Below, one piece after another: positions 29,695 through 37,955 of a stretch of DNA of 64,000 bases. This stretch comes from a virus. How positions within the stretch are numbered: position 1 is the first letter of the stretch; each line of letters begins with the position of its first letter. A program made the position numbers and the translations under genes. Location of the stretch: positions 59,305-123,304 of the IMG/VR virus record IMGVR_UViG_3300043774_000656, one strand, 5' to 3'. A model generated the notes under the pieces. That model saw only the letters and a program-made list of their open reading frames with translations. It had not been told where the DNA came from and searched no databases.

Positions 29695-30082
29695 AAGGGT
29701 TATAGTCTAAGACTTACAGATTGTCTCAACGGCTTACAGGGTCGACAGAAGGGCGCGCAGACCCGGGCCAGCCCAAAAAATTTTGTAAACCGGTGACAGT
29801 TGCCCTAATACCAAGAGCCCTATAAAAGACATCGCGGGGGCGGGCAGTTCCGGGGCCGGTATAACATTTGCGACAGGGTTCCAACGTTAACCCCTAATAC
29901 TGGGTATATTATAAGTAAACTTGTCATGACACCTACTGATCACCATGAATTTCCAGGACTATAGGGCGTTCACCCGAAAGGCTAGGTTTTTCGAAAACTT
30001 CGAGGATTTCGGAGGTCACCCTCCCCCTCCGTCCGGCAGCACAATCAACAAAGCTACCGGACGGTCATGACCACGTGAGGTC

Positions 30083-30463
30083 TTAGTCTATTCCCTCAGC
30101 CTTTACGGCGTTTCGCCTCTCTTTACGGAGTTTACGCTTTTCGGTTCGGGTAAGTTTCTTTTCGGTATCGGATAGGAGGCTCATCTTAGTACCGCGCATT
30201 TTGCCTCGACCATTAAGTTGGGCTAAACGTACCGCATCCGCAAATAGATTTCTGATCTGACCTTCACCATCACGGCATTTACAAGCGGGGGTGCCATCAG
30301 CCTCATAGTACCATTCCATAAACTCAAAGGTTTGATCCTCATAGTTCGCATCTACTATACGTTGGCCTGATCGGATGTCTTGCCATTCTGGAGGTAGATT
30401 GACAAAGCGATTGCGGGGAGCGGGGATACCTTGACCGAAAAATATTGTTTCTATCTGGAACAT
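30083..30463 (-). CDS. hypothetical protein with basic tail
   Basis: Start re-assigned to ATG 30463. Confidence 0.6.
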   Translation of the reverse strand: MFQIETIFFGQGIPAPRNRFVNLPPEWQDIRSGQRIVDANYEDQTFEFMEWYYEADGTPACKCRDGEGQIRNLFADAVRLAQLNGRGKMRGTKMSLLSDTEKKLTRTEKRKLRKERRNAVKAEGID

Positions 30464-30464
30464 A

Positions 30465-30704
30465 TTAGTTAAGATTATGGGTGAGTTGAATATTGTAAAG
30501 AAGCTCGAGATGGCGGCACATACGGGTGAGCTCGATCTCAGTAAGTTCTGCAATAGGTATAGGTCTGCCAGTGATCCAGTTTAGAAATGACATTTGATTT
30601 TCGTCTATCTCTATATGGACTTGGCGGCCATCATACTCTGGAAAAAGATAATGATCTTCTATAAGCAGAAAGCTGAGGCCTACTATAGGTATAAGCTTAT
30701 GCAT
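30465..30704 (-). CDS. hypothetical protein
   Basis: TAATG coupling to the upstream ORF. Confidence 0.55.
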   Translation of the reverse strand: MHKLIPIVGLSFLLIEDHYLFPEYDGRQVHIEIDENQMSFLNWITGRPIPIAELTEIELTRMCRHLELLYNIQLTHNLN

Positions 30705-30883
30705 TAGCGTATAGTCTTTTTACGGTTAGTGTCAAGTGTAGAGGCGATCTCTTGTGGAGTGCGACCTCTTTCTGTGGCACGTTCTATAAAGTCACGACTA
30801 GTGTTTACCATTGAGGCTGATAGGGCGCTGCCATATCCGAGTTGTCTTAGTGACTGTTCTACTTGTTCGAAAATTGCTTTCAT
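30704..30883 (-). CDS. small protein (59 aa)
   Basis: MKAIFEQVEQSLRQLGYG.. directly behind promoter copy 30891. Confidence 0.6.
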   Translation of the reverse strand: MKAIFEQVEQSLRQLGYGSALSASMVNTSRDFIERATERGRTPQEIASTLDTNRKKTIR

Positions 30884-30944
30884 ATTGTGATTGTTATGGG
30901 TCTAATATACTATGAAAAGAGCTAGGGCCAAAGCCTTTTGCTGT

Positions 30945-31184
30945 TTATTTTTGTGCTGTTACAAAACGTTCAGCCTGGTCATATACGTTTTTGTCAACAT
31001 ATCCAAGCTCTACTAGCTTTGCTCTATAGCAGTCAAGTTCGTCATCTGTCATCAGCTTAAAAAGCTCATAGATACATGACTCATATCTGGCTGCTTTATG
31101 CAAGTCCTCTTCGTACTTCTCTGAGGTGCATTGTTCAAAGCAGTAGATGGCTTCTTTTACCTGGTCGGTGTAGTGTTCGCTCAT
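30945..31184 (-). CDS. hypothetical protein
   Basis: ATGA overlap with the upstream ORF. Confidence 0.6.
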   Translation of the reverse strand: MSEHYTDQVKEAIYCFEQCTSEKYEEDLHKAARYESCIYELFKLMTDDELDCYRAKLVELGYVDKNVYDQAERFVTAQK

Positions 31185-31399
31185 ATACCTTGCTCCATTT
31201 TAAGTTGTTGTGCATGATGCTCGACTTCGCTGTAGACAGCTAAGTTGAGGTAGGTGTTATTCCAAGAGTTGAGGAATAAGTATTCAGCAGCCCATTGGGG
31301 TTCTATTGAGCGGAGCATTCCTGCTTCGTATGCTGAAAGTATTTCTTTGGCTTTAAGCTCTGTGGTGAGCTGATTGATACCGAATATATCTTCTGTCAT
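31181..31399 (-). CDS. hypothetical protein
   Basis: Start re-assigned to ATG 31399, behind promoter 31407. Confidence 0.65.
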   Translation of the reverse strand: MTEDIFGINQLTTELKAKEILSAYEAGMLRSIEPQWAAEYLFLNSWNNTYLNLAVYSEVEHHAQQLKMEQGI

Positions 31400-31948
31400 T
31401 TGTTGATTGTTATGGTGTAAATATACAATGACTGCAGCAGAATCCAAAGAAAAAAACGAAAAAAACAGCAAACAAAACTGTTTTTATCTAACTTATTGAC
31501 AGTAAACATACTACTGATATGTCTGTTTTTAGCTGTCTAGAGGCAGAAAATAGCAGAAGATAGATGATAGTATGTCTGATAAAATGACTGTCTAGAACAG
31601 CTTAAAACTGACCTATTAAGATACTGAAAGTCAGTGAGTTATAACCTATTGATAATCAGTCAGTTACGTATATAAAAAATATAAGCAGGTCGGAGTATAC
31701 TCGGTCCTCATTGAAGAATGATTACATGGCTAATATACAATGAAGGGCTCAGAAGCCAAAGAAAAAAACAGAAAAAACAGCACACCCTAAACTACTGACT
31801 AGCAGTAGGTTAGGTAGAGCACTGAATATAAGTGGGTTAGCTATTTACACTGCACCGCAGCATTTTAAGGTAACAATCAACAATACACATACGATGATGT
31901 AGCCAACAATAAGGGTCCACGTGCTTTTAGATTCTGTGCTCATTTTTC

Positions 31949-32635
31949 TTATACGATTTTTTCAAGGTTCATTTGAGTGATGATGGATTGCGCTTGTGTC
32001 AAGGCTTGCTCATACTCTTCTATTTCGTTTTTCAATTCTTGTATACGGGTTTGGTTGAACCAATCATAGTTGTTCATGGTTCTGATACAGTACTTCTGTA
32101 CAGTATACTCACTTGTCTTGTAGTTATAGCGGATCTGGAACATTCTGGTACCATCTTCACCATTTCTGATATCCATTTCAACCGTGTCATTATCATAGCG
32201 CTCTGCTTTACAACGAGGATTGAACTTGCCTTTAAGCCATGTGTCAATCTGTTGTACATATTCTTGTGCCTCTCGTAGCTTTTGCTTTCGTTCACGTTCT
32301 GCTGTATCTTGTTCACGGCACTTTTCAACTATCTCAGTCAAGCGATTCTTAAGTCGCTTTGGGTTGCCAATCAGCTCACCATACTTGATGTTGGTGGTGA
32401 TACTGCCGTCATGCTTAGACCTATATCGTGTAGTTGCTATAGTGATCTTATCACCACATGGATCAATTGGTACGGGCACGTTATTGATAAGAGCTTTCAT
32501 TGGCCAGTTGCCACGTTCATCTGATTCGATCTGGCACCTAAAGCCTAATGCTGTTATCAGATTGATGAAGTCTTGTTGTTGTGCCTGCCTTTCTTCAGTA
32601 GAGGCACTATAGCTGTAGATCTTTCTTACTATCAT
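31949..32635 (-). CDS. hypothetical coiled-coil protein
   Basis: Start re-assigned to ATG 32635, behind promoter 32643. Confidence 0.7.
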   Translation of the reverse strand: MIVRKIYSYSASTEERQAQQQDFINLITALGFRCQIESDERGNWPMKALINNVPVPIDPCGDKITIATTRYRSKHDGSITTNIKYGELIGNPKRLKNRLTEIVEKCREQDTAERERKQKLREAQEYVQQIDTWLKGKFNPRCKAERYDNDTVEMDIRNGEDGTRMFQIRYNYKTSEYTVQKYCIRTMNNYDWFNQTRIQELKNEIEEYEQALTQAQSIITQMNLEKIV

Positions 32636-32696
32636 TTGTTGATTGTTATGGTGTAAATATACAATGATTGATTCAGAATAAAAAGTGGGTTGCTGA

Positions 32697-33113
32697 TTAT
32701 TTGATTTTGAATGCGTAATCGTCCCATGTCTGTGCTCCAGCAATTCTGTAGTTGTTCTGGCTATACAAGTTGGTTCTAGACCAATCTTGATTGATATCAC
32801 CTACTTTCATTGTCATGAACATCTCTTCATCCATGCTGTGGACATTTTTACCTTTGCGGGCAAATACAGTGAACCAATGTTCTGTACCCTCAGGGTTGAA
32901 TTGAATAGTCTGAAGACCTTTTTGATTGTAGCTTCTGAAAGCATCTATAGCACTAACTGCATATCTGCAATCTGATACTGTCATAAAGCCTGCTTGGCAT
33001 TTAACTATTGCTCTGAACTTTCCTTTTTGACCTTGTATGAAGTTAGTTACTCCGATTCTTTCTGAGTTAGCGAATGCTGTGGTGTTTACTCGTTTTAAGA
33101 TAGTCTGTTTCAT
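32697..33113 (-). CDS. hypothetical protein
   Basis: Start re-assigned to ATG 33113, behind promoter 33122. Confidence 0.7.
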   Translation of the reverse strand: MKQTILKRVNTTAFANSERIGVTNFIQGQKGKFRAIVKCQAGFMTVSDCRYAVSAIDAFRSYNQKGLQTIQFNPEGTEHWFTVFARKGKNVHSMDEEMFMTMKVGDINQDWSRTNLYSQNNYRIAGAQTWDDYAFKIK

Positions 33114-33265
33114 ATTGTTGATTGTTATGGTACTAATATACAATGATTGTTTCAGCGGCCAAAGTTTTTTTTGACAAAAACAGCAAGCATTCCCCACTAC
33201 TTCCCCACCCCCACCTAACCAGCGGCTATGCCAACTCTGGATAGGATGGGGTTTGTTAAGGTTGT

Positions 33266-33775
33266 TTAGGCTAAGGCTTCAGCTGCTGCGTTCTTAGCTT
33301 TTGGGGTAGCTTTAGTCTTGGCAGCTTCTTTAGCTTTAGATGCTTTTTCAGCTTCTTTAGCTTTAGCTTTCTCGGCCTTTGCAGCTTCACGTTGAGCTTT
33401 AGCTTCTGCTTTAGCTTTTGCCTTATCGGCAGCTTTAGCATCACGTGCTGCTTGACGTTCAGCTTTAACTTTTGCTTTCTCCTCTTTAGTAGGAGTGATA
33501 CGTACTCGTGTAGGCTTAAGGTTGCTTACTGTACCGTCTTCAGCAATGACTTCGATCTTGCGGATTTTAGCTCCAGCCTCTACCATCTTGTTGATGTGTG
33601 CGTTAGCTGCATCTGTAGTTTTGAAAGTCACACTGTCACGCTTCTTCTTGAATTTCACGTCACCTTTTGCACGTGACTTAGAATAGATGCGTACTGTCAT
33701 TTTCTCGTCTACTGGTACGTTTACGAGGTTCTTGCTGTTTTCAGCGTTTTGAGCTTTTGCTTCTTTAGCGTTCAT
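33266..33775 (-). CDS. Lys/Ala-rich histone-H1-like tailed protein
   Basis: C-terminal half of AKAEAKA/KAKEAAK repeats; biased GCT/AAA codon use. Confidence 0.75.
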   Translation of the reverse strand: MNAKEAKAQNAENSKNLVNVPVDEKMTVRIYSKSRAKGDVKFKKKRDSVTFKTTDAANAHINKMVEAGAKIRKIEVIAEDGTVSNLKPTRVRITPTKEEKAKVKAERQAARDAKAADKAKAKAEAKAQREAAKAEKAKAKEAEKASKAKEAAKTKATPKAKNAAAEALA

Positions 33776-33867
33776 ACTTTTTATTTTACTGGTTATCGTT
33801 ATTGTTATAGGGTAAATCTAACTAAAAGTTTTGATTCTCCAAAGTTTTTTTGCTGTTTTTTCGGCAA

Positions 33868-34008
33868 TTATTGTAGGCCAATAGCTGAACCTAACCATAA
33901 TACTCCGTAAAATGCTGCAAATAAGCATACTAAACCTAATGCATTCAAAATGAACTCTTTAGGATTTTCAGTGTAGGCTTCTTTAAGGGTGGTTATCATC
34001 TGTTTCAT
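33868..34008 (-). CDS. small membrane protein (46 aa), first leftward gene
   Basis: MKQMITTLKEAYTENPKEFILNALGLVCLFAAFYGVLWLG..; promoter copy 34023. Confidence 0.6.
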   Translation of the reverse strand: MKQMITTLKEAYTENPKEFILNALGLVCLFAAFYGVLWLGSAIGLQ

Positions 34009-34250
34009 ATTGTTGATTGATCTGGTGTAAATATACAATGACTGTTTCAGATTCCAAAGAAAAAAACAGTGTCTTTGCTGTTTTTTCTTAGTATATTGAT
34101 AATCAGTCAGTTACGGTTAGTCCACTTATTTTCAGTCACTTAGCCCGGTCATTATTAAATGCGTGCACATACATGCCCGCCCGTATCAACAACCATGCCA
34201 AAGTCCCCTCTTTGTTAACAAGTATTTGTCAAGTTTTTTCCGTTTTTTTC

Positions 34251-34299
34251 TTTGGCCAGAACAAATGTCATTGTATATTTACACCATAACAATCAGCAA
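34251..34299 (+). promoter_or_regulatory. conserved promoter, first rightward copy
   Basis: TTTG (34251), 19-bp spacer, TATATTTA (34274), CACCATAACAATCAGCAA-ATG. Further rightward copies at 34602, 35958, 36536, 44886, 50137, 58179. Confidence 0.85.
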
Positions 34300-34566
34300 A
34301 TGACACACAAAGAATTTACCCTTACCGTCAAAAAAACTATCTATGAAACTAGTGGATCCGTGAAGGCCACACTATACCGCAAAGGTGAGCAAATCACAGT
34401 AGACGAAACCACCTTTTTGGATCTACAAGCAGGTCACCGCTATGCTAAGTACACCAACAGCGGAGTAGTCTATCTAAGTAAAGACCTTTTCGAAAACGAG
34501 GTCACCTGCACCACAGTTGAGGTCAGCTATACCACCAGGAAACTTGGTCAACGTAAATCAAAATAA
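34300..34566 (+). CDS. hypothetical protein, first rightward gene
   Basis: Start re-assigned to ATG 34300. Confidence 0.7.
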   Translation: MTHKEFTLTVKKTIYETSGSVKATLYRKGEQITVDETTFLDLQAGHRYAKYTNSGVVYLSKDLFENEVTCTTVEVSYTTRKLGQRKSK

Positions 34567-34627
34567 TCAGCAAACCTCTTTGGCCCCTCAACCTTTCATA
34601 GTATATTAGTACCATAACAATCAACAA

Positions 34628-34870
34628 ATGACAAAGACCCTTTTTAAACTTAAAAGCCTTACAGATTACCTGAACGGCCAATGCAGACCATCTGCCGCTC
34701 ACACAATCTCTAAGTACGGCAAGATGTATACCATCATCGGAGACCGTGAGCAATACGTCTACGTAGATGCAGCAGACGTGAAAAACATCCTCGTCCCACA
34801 ACTTTACCGCGAATGCTCAGCATCCGTGACCCAGTTCAACCTTTCTGTAAACGACATCAAAAAGTTCTAA
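34628..34870 (+). CDS. hypothetical protein
   Basis: Behind promoter copy 34602. Confidence 0.7.
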   Translation: MTKTLFKLKSLTDYLNGQCRPSAAHTISKYGKMYTIIGDREQYVYVDAADVKNILVPQLYRECSASVTQFNLSVNDIKKF

Positions 34871-34871
34871 G

Positions 34872-35042
34872 ATGACCACAACTTTCACAGGAGCAGAAAA
34901 AGTCCTCTATCGCGCAGAATACCAATTTGCCATTGACGTGCTAAAGCTTACAGAAGCTGAAGCAACCGAAAAGGCAATGAGTAAGATCCTCTCCACGAGA
35001 GCCCTAAGCAAAAAAGTAAAACGATCAGAATACGGTCACTAA
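34872..35042 (+). CDS. small protein (56 aa)
   Basis: Fills the gap between neighbours; MTTTFTGAEKVLYRAEY.. Confidence 0.55.
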   Translation: MTTTFTGAEKVLYRAEYQFAIDVLKLTEAEATEKAMSKILSTRALSKKVKRSEYGH

Positions 35043-35052
35043 TCCCAACAGC

Positions 35053-35589
35053 ATGAAAACAGTCAATGTATACCAGTTCCATGAGCTCCCAGCGGCTATA
35101 CAAGAAAAGGTCCTTAATGACTTCAACACCGATCCTCTATACGATCACGATCCTATACTAGAAGGCATGAAAGAGGATCTAGAAGCTATAGGACTAGGAG
35201 ACGTCGAGATCGAGTACTCAGGCTTCTGGAGTCAAGGAGATGGACTCAGCTTTACGGCCAGTATCGACGACATGTTTAAATTCTGTAACCATATAGGAGT
35301 GCCAGCCATGACAGATACAGACGGCTCATTCTATAGAACCACAAGTCGGTATCAACACGAGAACACTTGTACAACCGAGCTCAACTTCATTCAAGCCCCG
35401 GAGTCTAAGGAGCATGAAGAGCAACTGGCCACTACCGCTGCGGCCATAGAGCTTTGGAGAAAGGACGAATGCAAACGCCTTTACAGAGTCTTAGAGAAGT
35501 ACTATGACGAATGTACTAGCCGTGAAGCCATTATCGAGCATATGGAGGCCAATGGCTACCACTTCTTAGAAGACGGCCGCCCGGTATAA
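35053..35589 (+). CDS. acidic protein with SGFWSQGDG motif (family often labelled 'antitoxin of TA stability system')
   Basis: VYQFHEL, IEYSGFWSQGDG, RYQHEN, ANGYHFLEDG. Confidence 0.65.
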   Translation: MKTVNVYQFHELPAAIQEKVLNDFNTDPLYDHDPILEGMKEDLEAIGLGDVEIEYSGFWSQGDGLSFTASIDDMFKFCNHIGVPAMTDTDGSFYRTTSRYQHENTCTTELNFIQAPESKEHEEQLATTAAAIELWRKDECKRLYRVLEKYYDECTSREAIIEHMEANGYHFLEDGRPV

Positions 35590-35600
35590 GGCCCGGTCTT

Positions 35601-35633
35601 ACCTCTGGCGGTCTGTAATGGACTGCCAGAGGT
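35601..35633 (+). terminator. strong hairpin
   Basis: ACCTCTGGCGGTC..GACTGCCAGAGGT just after the stop at 35589; no T-run. Confidence 0.5.
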
Positions 35634-36123
35634 GTAGGTCACCCGCTAAGGCAGTACGCGCACGACGCACGCACACGCGGAGAGGCCGTTTCAGTTGTCA
35701 GAGGCATTTAATCTAGGACGGGCAACTTTACCTAAACATTACCTAGAGGCTACTATGAGGCATCTCCCGAGGGGTGTAGCCGCTGCCCGAGATAGTATGA
35801 TAGTAAGATAGTATTATACTATGATACTATATTGCCGGTCTACACGCGCATGGACGACGCGCGCACGATTAGGCCATGGGCTGCGGCTCTGCTGGTCATG
35901 TTGCTGAGATCCGGCTGGAAAAGAGGCAAAAGACTTTGAAACAGAGAGCCATATGAGTATATTAGACTATATGATAACCCTTATAGGTATGCTTATGAAA
36001 AAACGACGTAATCCAGAGGACCTGATGTATGCCTTAGCTATAGGCTTTGGTCTATTCGTAATTGTGATGGGCGTGATTGCTCTTATTGGACAATTGATAA
36101 TCGGCCTAATTGACTAGAAAGTT

Positions 36124-36357
36124 ATGAGTAAACAAACAGCAGTAGAATGGTTATTGGAGGAATTAGATAACACCATGCCTCAAAGAAATGTTAAAACATC
36201 TCAAGTCTTTACCGAGATATTTGAAGTAGCCAAAGCAATGGAGCGTGAGCAGATGCTGGAACTAATCAGCTTTGTCCGAGTACACAACAAGATGGGCAAG
36301 ACTGCTGAGGACTTGCTGCAACAATTTGAAGCATATAAAGGAGGTGAAAAATGTTAA
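36124..36357 (+). CDS. small phage protein (KQTAVEWL N-terminus)
   Basis: MSKQTAVEWL..AKAMEREQM. Confidence 0.7.
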   Translation: MSKQTAVEWLLEELDNTMPQRNVKTSQVFTEIFEVAKAMEREQMLELISFVRVHNKMGKTAEDLLQQFEAYKGGEKC

Positions 36358-36506
36358 TTACTAAGGAACAGCAAGAGGCCATGATAGACGGCTATATCCG
36401 ATCTGGTAGAAGTCAAGACGAGGTCATTGGCTTTATTGATGGCATGGACAAAATGCTTGATCTAGTGGTGAGACTGGACCGGGCTAGACGAGAGATAAAG
36501 CAGTAG
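36351..36506 (+). CDS. small protein (51 aa)
   Basis: MLITKEQQEAMID..GFIDGM. Confidence 0.55.
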   Translation: MLITKEQQEAMIDGYIRSGRSQDEVIGFIDGMDKMLDLVVRLDRARREIKQ

Positions 36507-36562
36507 AAGTCTTTATGGGTTGAGAGACTATTGGTTATATTTACCCTACAACAATAAAAGAT

Positions 36563-36709
36563 ATGGATATAGAATGTACATTAAATCGTTTGGAAGGTGG
36601 ATGGTGGTTCGAACTCGGTTTCAGCTATCAGAGAACAGAGTATCACCACAAACATAAACGAGTGATTACCATTGCACTTTTATTGGGTAGTGTGTACATT
36701 CGATGGTAG
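36563..36709 (+). CDS. small protein (48 aa)
   Basis: Behind promoter copy 36536; ends just before the first tRNA-like RNA. Confidence 0.5.
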   Translation: MDIECTLNRLEGGWWFELGFSYQRTEYHHKHKRVITIALLLGSVYIRW

Positions 36710-36716
36710 CAAAAAT

Positions 36717-36822
36717 AGTCAGGTGGCGGAATTGGAAAGTCAATTGGAGAGTCATAAACAGGAAAGATACCATATGACATCGGTGGTAAATGCCAATACA
36801 GGTTCGATTCCTGTCCTGACTA
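36717..36822 (+). ncRNA. tRNA-scaffold RNA 1 (no canonical anticodon arm)
   Basis: Acceptor AGTCAGG/CCTGACT-A, TGGCGGAATTGG start, T-arm ACAGG-TTCGATT-CCTGT; centre replaced by ATTGG/CCAAT and GTCATA/TATGAC stems. Confidence 0.8.
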
Positions 36823-37045
36823 CAATGAGTAAGAGATACTCAGAGTCTTCGAATCAAGACTTTAAGAATGATTCCGCAGAATGTCTACGGCGCGAGTGGG
36901 ACATCGTGGGAATAAAGGGAGCAGACACAGCCCCTCCCAGTAGTGTTGATTTATGGTTTCATGTGGTAAGACACTAATGTGTTTGTTTTTAAGAAAACTA
37001 AACCGTTAAAATCTACTCATCAGTAATCTCAAGGTGGGGAAACAT
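36823..37045 (+). ncRNA. putative multi-hairpin structured RNA
   Basis: About six consecutive stems in a gap bounded exactly by two tRNA-like elements. Confidence 0.6.
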
Positions 37046-37134
37046 GGTCAGGTGGCGGAATTGGTAGACGCACCGAGTGAGCGGCGGAGGTAATAGTCAA
37101 TAACTCCTAACAGGTTCGATTCCTGTCCTGACTA
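37046..37134 (+). tRNA. tRNA-Leu-like (class II) scaffold with degenerate anticodon arm (pseudo-tRNA)
   Basis: GGTCAGG/CCTGACT-A; D-arm GCG-GAATTGGTAGA-CGC; CCG-AGTGAG-CGG mini arm; GGAG/CTCC variable arm; canonical T-arm. Confidence 0.75.
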
Positions 37135-37151
37135 CAAAAACAAGATAGATT

Positions 37152-37364
37152 ATGAAATACATTTTTAGAGGACATACGATATTTGAGTATATGCCAGATA
37201 AAGGTGTAGTAAAACAACATGACATCAGTGGTCTCCCGATTGCAGGATTCAACTATTGTGGATTCATTAACGAGGACTACAAACTATTAGCTGAGTTTTT
37301 TAATACTGTTTATAGGCATACCCAAGATCAGGATGTTAAATTAAAAGATATTATAGTAAATTAA
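37152..37364 (+). CDS. hypothetical protein
   Basis: 70-aa ORF. Confidence 0.6.
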   Translation: MKYIFRGHTIFEYMPDKGVVKQHDISGLPIAGFNYCGFINEDYKLLAEFFNTVYRHTQDQDVKLKDIIVN

Positions 37365-37369
37365 AGTAT

Positions 37370-37576
37370 ATGGCAAAATGGCGCATTAGAGTCGAGAGAC
37401 TAGACGAAGAGTATAATATCCTGTATCAGGGTCAACATGAGATTACCGATGAGATGATCGCCGAAAGTCGATTGGGTGAAAAGGAGATGATGTCCATGGC
37501 CTTTCTACAATGTATGCATAGACTGGAAATACTGAGACACGAAACAGAAAATAGAAATGATACAGGAACAATTTGA
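37370..37576 (+). CDS. hypothetical protein
   Basis: 68-aa ORF. Confidence 0.6.
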   Translation: MAKWRIRVERLDEEYNILYQGQHEITDEMIAESRLGEKEMMSMAFLQCMHRLEILRHETENRNDTGTI

Positions 37577-37955
37577 CGTTGGCCGAATTATTGGCGTGAA
37601 AATAGTTGGCCGTAGTTTGACGAGTTATACATGGATGCCTGCAAAGCAGAAGACCACTTTCTTTGGCTTAATCAAAAGAAATAAATGGTGGAGCGAAGGC
37701 TTTTACCAATGTGGCTGCTATCAAGAATGCTATGAAAGTGGATGCTGGGATGCCTGTTCGTATACTGCAGAAGAATTGAGGCGAGATGGCTATATTGTAG
37801 AATCGGGCAAAGTGTATAGTAAACCCTATGTTACAGTGTATCTGGAGTCCGAGTATCAAAGTACAAAGCGCTTCAACACAGAGGAAGAGGCGAAACAATG
37901 GGTTGATGAGCTAAAGGCAACTAGTGGTAAAACATTTGAAATTATAGAACGATGA
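37557..37955 (+). CDS. hypothetical protein with Cys cluster
   Basis: CGCYQECYESGCWDAC. Confidence 0.65.
   Translation: MIQEQFDVGRIIGVKIVGRSLTSYTWMPAKQKTTFFGLIKRNKWWSEGFYQCGCYQECYESGCWDACSYTAEELRRDGYIVESGKVYSKPYVTVYLESEYQSTKRFNTEEEAKQWVDELKATSGKTFEIIER

Larger units (their letters stand above)
25429..34035 (-). promoter_or_regulatory. array of conserved Bacteroidetes-type (-33 TTT(G)/-7 TATATTTA) promoters, leftward
   Basis: Core TATATTTACACCATAACAA (minus strand) or close variants at 25429, 25906, 26786, 27832, 28339, 28661, 28939, 30891, 31407, 31726, 32643, 33122, 33802, 34023; also 2529, 3154, 24372. Nearly all lie just upstream of an ATG. Confidence 0.85.

Noticed and set aside
25429-34035. 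Promoter repeats as a CRISPR array or integron attC sites
   Set aside because: Spacing is irregular and gene-sized, copies are degenerate and non-palindromic, and no cas or integrase gene is in the window
25891-34300. Apparent shared N-terminal peptide (V/L)YLHHNNQQM or YIxTITINNM on many ORF-track proteins
   Set aside because: It is the translated promoter/leader repeat; true starts are the ATGs just after it
36672-36977. 101-aa plus-strand ORF
   Set aside because: TTG start; it runs through the tRNA-scaffold RNA and the structured RNA and has no protein features
36717-37134. tmRNA or canonical decoding tRNAs
   Set aside because: No G3-U70 alanine identity pair or recognisable tag frame; no 5-bp stem/7-nt anticodon loop in either element
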